Origin: an uncultured Flavobacteriales bacterium
Lineage (GTDB): Bacteria; Bacteroidota; Bacteroidia; Flavobacteriales; Schleiferiaceae
Reading direction: 5' to 3'
Assembly: GCA_938084135.1 (NCBI GenBank)
Contig: CALKDS010000045.1
Coordinates: 287-64,286 of the forward strand
Length of the DNA stretch: 64,000 nucleotides
The position numbers were made by a program, and so were the translations under genes. A model generated the notes under the pieces. The model did no database searches, was not told the DNA's origin, and saw only the letters and a program-made list of their open reading frames with translations. Positions 62,194 to 64,000 of the stretch are shown piece by piece. Numbering within the stretch: position 1 is the first letter of the stretch; every line of letters starts with the position of its first letter.

Positions 62194-63900
62194 TTAAAAT
62201 TTATAAACAAGGCCAAGATTAGCTCTAAAACCTTGAACTGTATATCCACTCCACCAGTCTATTCGAGAATTAAAAATGTTATCAATCTTAAGAGTTGCAT
62301 TCAGCTGATCATTGTATGTATATACGACTGATAATCTCCCATCCCAATAAGGCGCAAGATCAATTAATGACCACCCAATAAGAGCCTTGCGCTCACCATG
62401 GCGAATAATTGTTGACTCAAAGCGAATTTTATCTTTTAGATTAAAATGAATCTGCCCTCCAATTTGGGAAGAAGGTAAATGATAAATAGAATCGTTGATT
62501 CCCATCCTAAAAAGGGCAAAACCTCTTAATTCCCAACCCGAACTATTTTGAAAAGTCAGTTCTCCACTAGGTTCAAAATAATTAAGTTTAACATAATCTA
62601 GTAAAAGCCTTCCTGAATCTTTGCCAATACCCAAATAATCGGGGTCTCTTGTTACCATTGCATAATTATCATAACTTCTTTGACGAGCACCAAACCTGTA
62701 ACCCACGGCACTGGATAACCTTCCATTGACACCTCCATAAAGCGATGATGATCTAACTATTTCGTATCGAGAATTTTCAGCTAGAAAAGGGGTCTGCTTG
62801 ACTCTTGAACGCATACCTCCATTTTCAAGTATTCCCTCATATCCCCCATAGATATTTAGAACATTCTTAACCAATGGAAATTCAACATGAACTACAGGAG
62901 GAAAATAAGGACGCGAAAAATTTCCAACACTATCACTTACTACACCGTCAAACATTACATTTAGCCCGATTTTAAAACTTAGATTACCAGCACTGTCTGC
63001 AATTGCCGGAGCAAATTGTGCCGACCAATAATTATTTGTTAGTAATCTCCCCGCGGAATCTGTTCTAGATGTACCAGAAAGACTGTTTAAATTAGCTTTA
63101 AGAGGTAAATCTATATATATATCTGCGGCAGGTAATCTCCAATTAACTGCGGAATTAAGGCCAGTTTCTACCTGACGACCACCTTGATCAATCCAATGAT
63201 GGGATCCAATATTTGCACTCTGAAAAAGCTGCTTTCTTTTATATCCAGAATGCTCATATCTGACTTCAGCCTGGTAGTCTCGAATCCATCTTAAAGGAGC
63301 GCTTCCTAATGTATCACTATCATTAGTTCCCAATATGTGAGGCTGCCCATAAAATGAATACCTATCATGATTCGCCGAGGCTCGTGTTAAAAGCCTTCCT
63401 CGACTTAAAACCCGATTATAATGACCGCTAAGACCATTTTCTAGCCAACTAGAGTTTTCAAAAACAGACTTGCGTCTTCCCATTTCATCTGATACCTGAA
63501 ACCCTCCAAATGAAGAGAAGTATCTCCCCTGAACTCCCCATGTTTGAATAGGGTCTCTTGCATTTCCAAATGAAAAGCCCAACAGTGTTGTGTAAAAATT
63601 ACCTGTAGACAACATGACCGTGTTACTTGGTAATCTATAAAGTTTAGTTCGGGCAATGCGAATAGGGGGAATCAATTCCATTTTTGGCGAAGGAATTAAA
63701 GTTCGCAACCTTAAACTTATTTCAACCGGTAGCTTTTGAATATTAGTGTCTCTTACATTTGGTTGACCTGTAATTTTTATTGCTTCAGCAACTTGAGCGC
63801 GATATTTTTCTTTTACCGATATATCAACACTACTTAATACAGGCTGAGCTATTGCATAAACTGAAGAGGTCATTAAAAATAGAACTACTAATTGCTTCAT
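62194..63900 (-). CDS. Outer-membrane beta-barrel protein (putative porin-like), function unknown
   Basis: Signal peptide MKQLVVLFLMTSSVYAIAQ. Alternating-hydrophobicity beta-strand pattern rich in Y/G/N/S. C-terminal ...NLGLVYKF with terminal Phe, typical of OMP beta-barrels. Confidence 0.6.
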   Translation of the reverse strand: MKQLVVLFLMTSSVYAIAQPVLSSVDISVKEKYRAQVAEAIKITGQPNVRDTNIQKLPVEISLRLRTLIPSPKMELIPPIRIARTKLYRLPSNTVMLSTGNFYTTLLGFSFGNARDPIQTWGVQGRYFSSFGGFQVSDEMGRRKSVFENSSWLENGLSGHYNRVLSRGRLLTRASANHDRYSFYGQPHILGTNDSDTLGSAPLRWIRDYQAEVRYEHSGYKRKQLFQSANIGSHHWIDQGGRQVETGLNSAVNWRLPAADIYIDLPLKANLNSLSGTSRTDSAGRLLTNNYWSAQFAPAIADSAGNLSFKIGLNVMFDGVVSDSVGNFSRPYFPPVVHVEFPLVKNVLNIYGGYEGILENGGMRSRVKQTPFLAENSRYEIVRSSSLYGGVNGRLSSAVGYRFGARQRSYDNYAMVTRDPDYLGIGKDSGRLLLDYVKLNYFEPSGELTFQNSSGWELRGFALFRMGINDSIYHLPSSQIGGQIHFNLKDKIRFESTIIRHGERKALIGWSLIDLAPYWDGRLSVVYTYNDQLNATLKIDNIFNSRIDWWSGYTVQGFRANLGLVYKF

Positions 63901-64000
63901 GGCATTGTTTCTATTTTAGTCACATTAGAGTCTATAGCAGAAGACTCATTTTTATTAGCCGCTTCTAATCTCTCTTTTATTCGCTTTGCTTCTTCGATAA
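63897..64000 (-). CDS. 3' end of an unidentified upstream ORF (5' part outside window), translationally coupled to the beta-barrel gene
   Basis: Own translation of the minus strand: ...IEEAKRIKERLEAANKNESSAIDSNVTKIETMP*. Its TGA overlaps the ATG of the next gene (ATGA). Only 33 codons are visible. Confidence 0.35.
   Translation of the reverse strand, partial: IEEAKRIKERLEAANKNESSAIDSNVTKIETMP

Overview
AT-rich, very gene-dense chromosomal window from a Bacteroidota (Flavobacteriia-like) genome. Almost everything is core housekeeping. Left third, mostly + strand: an edge-truncated GH3 hydrolase, a small Lys-rich membrane protein, mutL, two rhomboid proteases, a membrane-anchored EEP-fold protein, an orphan family-5 solute-binding lipoprotein, mtaB, an inositol monophosphatase, rfbC, a lytic transglycosylase, uvrA and a LOG-family protein. 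Next come parE-parC with a T9SS-sorted beta-propeller protein coupled to their 3' end, ychF, a split transketolase interrupted by a secreted VWA protein, and a class-III aminotransferase. Centre, - strand: the classical tRNA(Thr-Tyr-Gly-Thr)-tuf-tRNA(Trp)-secE-nusG-rplKAJL-rpoBC block plus DUF3467, preceded by rpsU, a XerC-like recombinase and hpf. Right third: alanine/Na+ symporter, rfbD, pyrF, prfA, purM, a large TPR/PD40/OmpA/LysM envelope protein, type III glutamine synthetase, tatA, secDF, an FG-GAP/T9SS protein, mdh, gyrB, an outer-membrane beta-barrel protein and a truncated upstream ORF. I found no rRNA, CRISPR, transposase, prophage, restriction-modification, toxin-antitoxin or other recognisable defence or accessory island, and I see no convincing novel multi-gene system here. 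The most noteworthy signals are: (1) a MutL whose C-terminal endonuclease metal-site motifs appear substituted; (2) a perfect Shine-Dalgarno sequence essentially unique to rpsU, with a weaker one at hpf, while other genes lack SD; (3) a strong terminator wedged 8 nt upstream of the XerC-like gene; (4) a duplicated G-tract plus -7-box module upstream of glutamine synthetase III; (5) a VWA gene inserted between the two transketolase halves; (6) Bacteroidota-type TAnnTTTG -7 boxes only 4-16 nt from several start codons, implying leaderless or near-leaderless mRNAs. All calls come from reading the sequence and the supplied ORF translations; no database search was possible.
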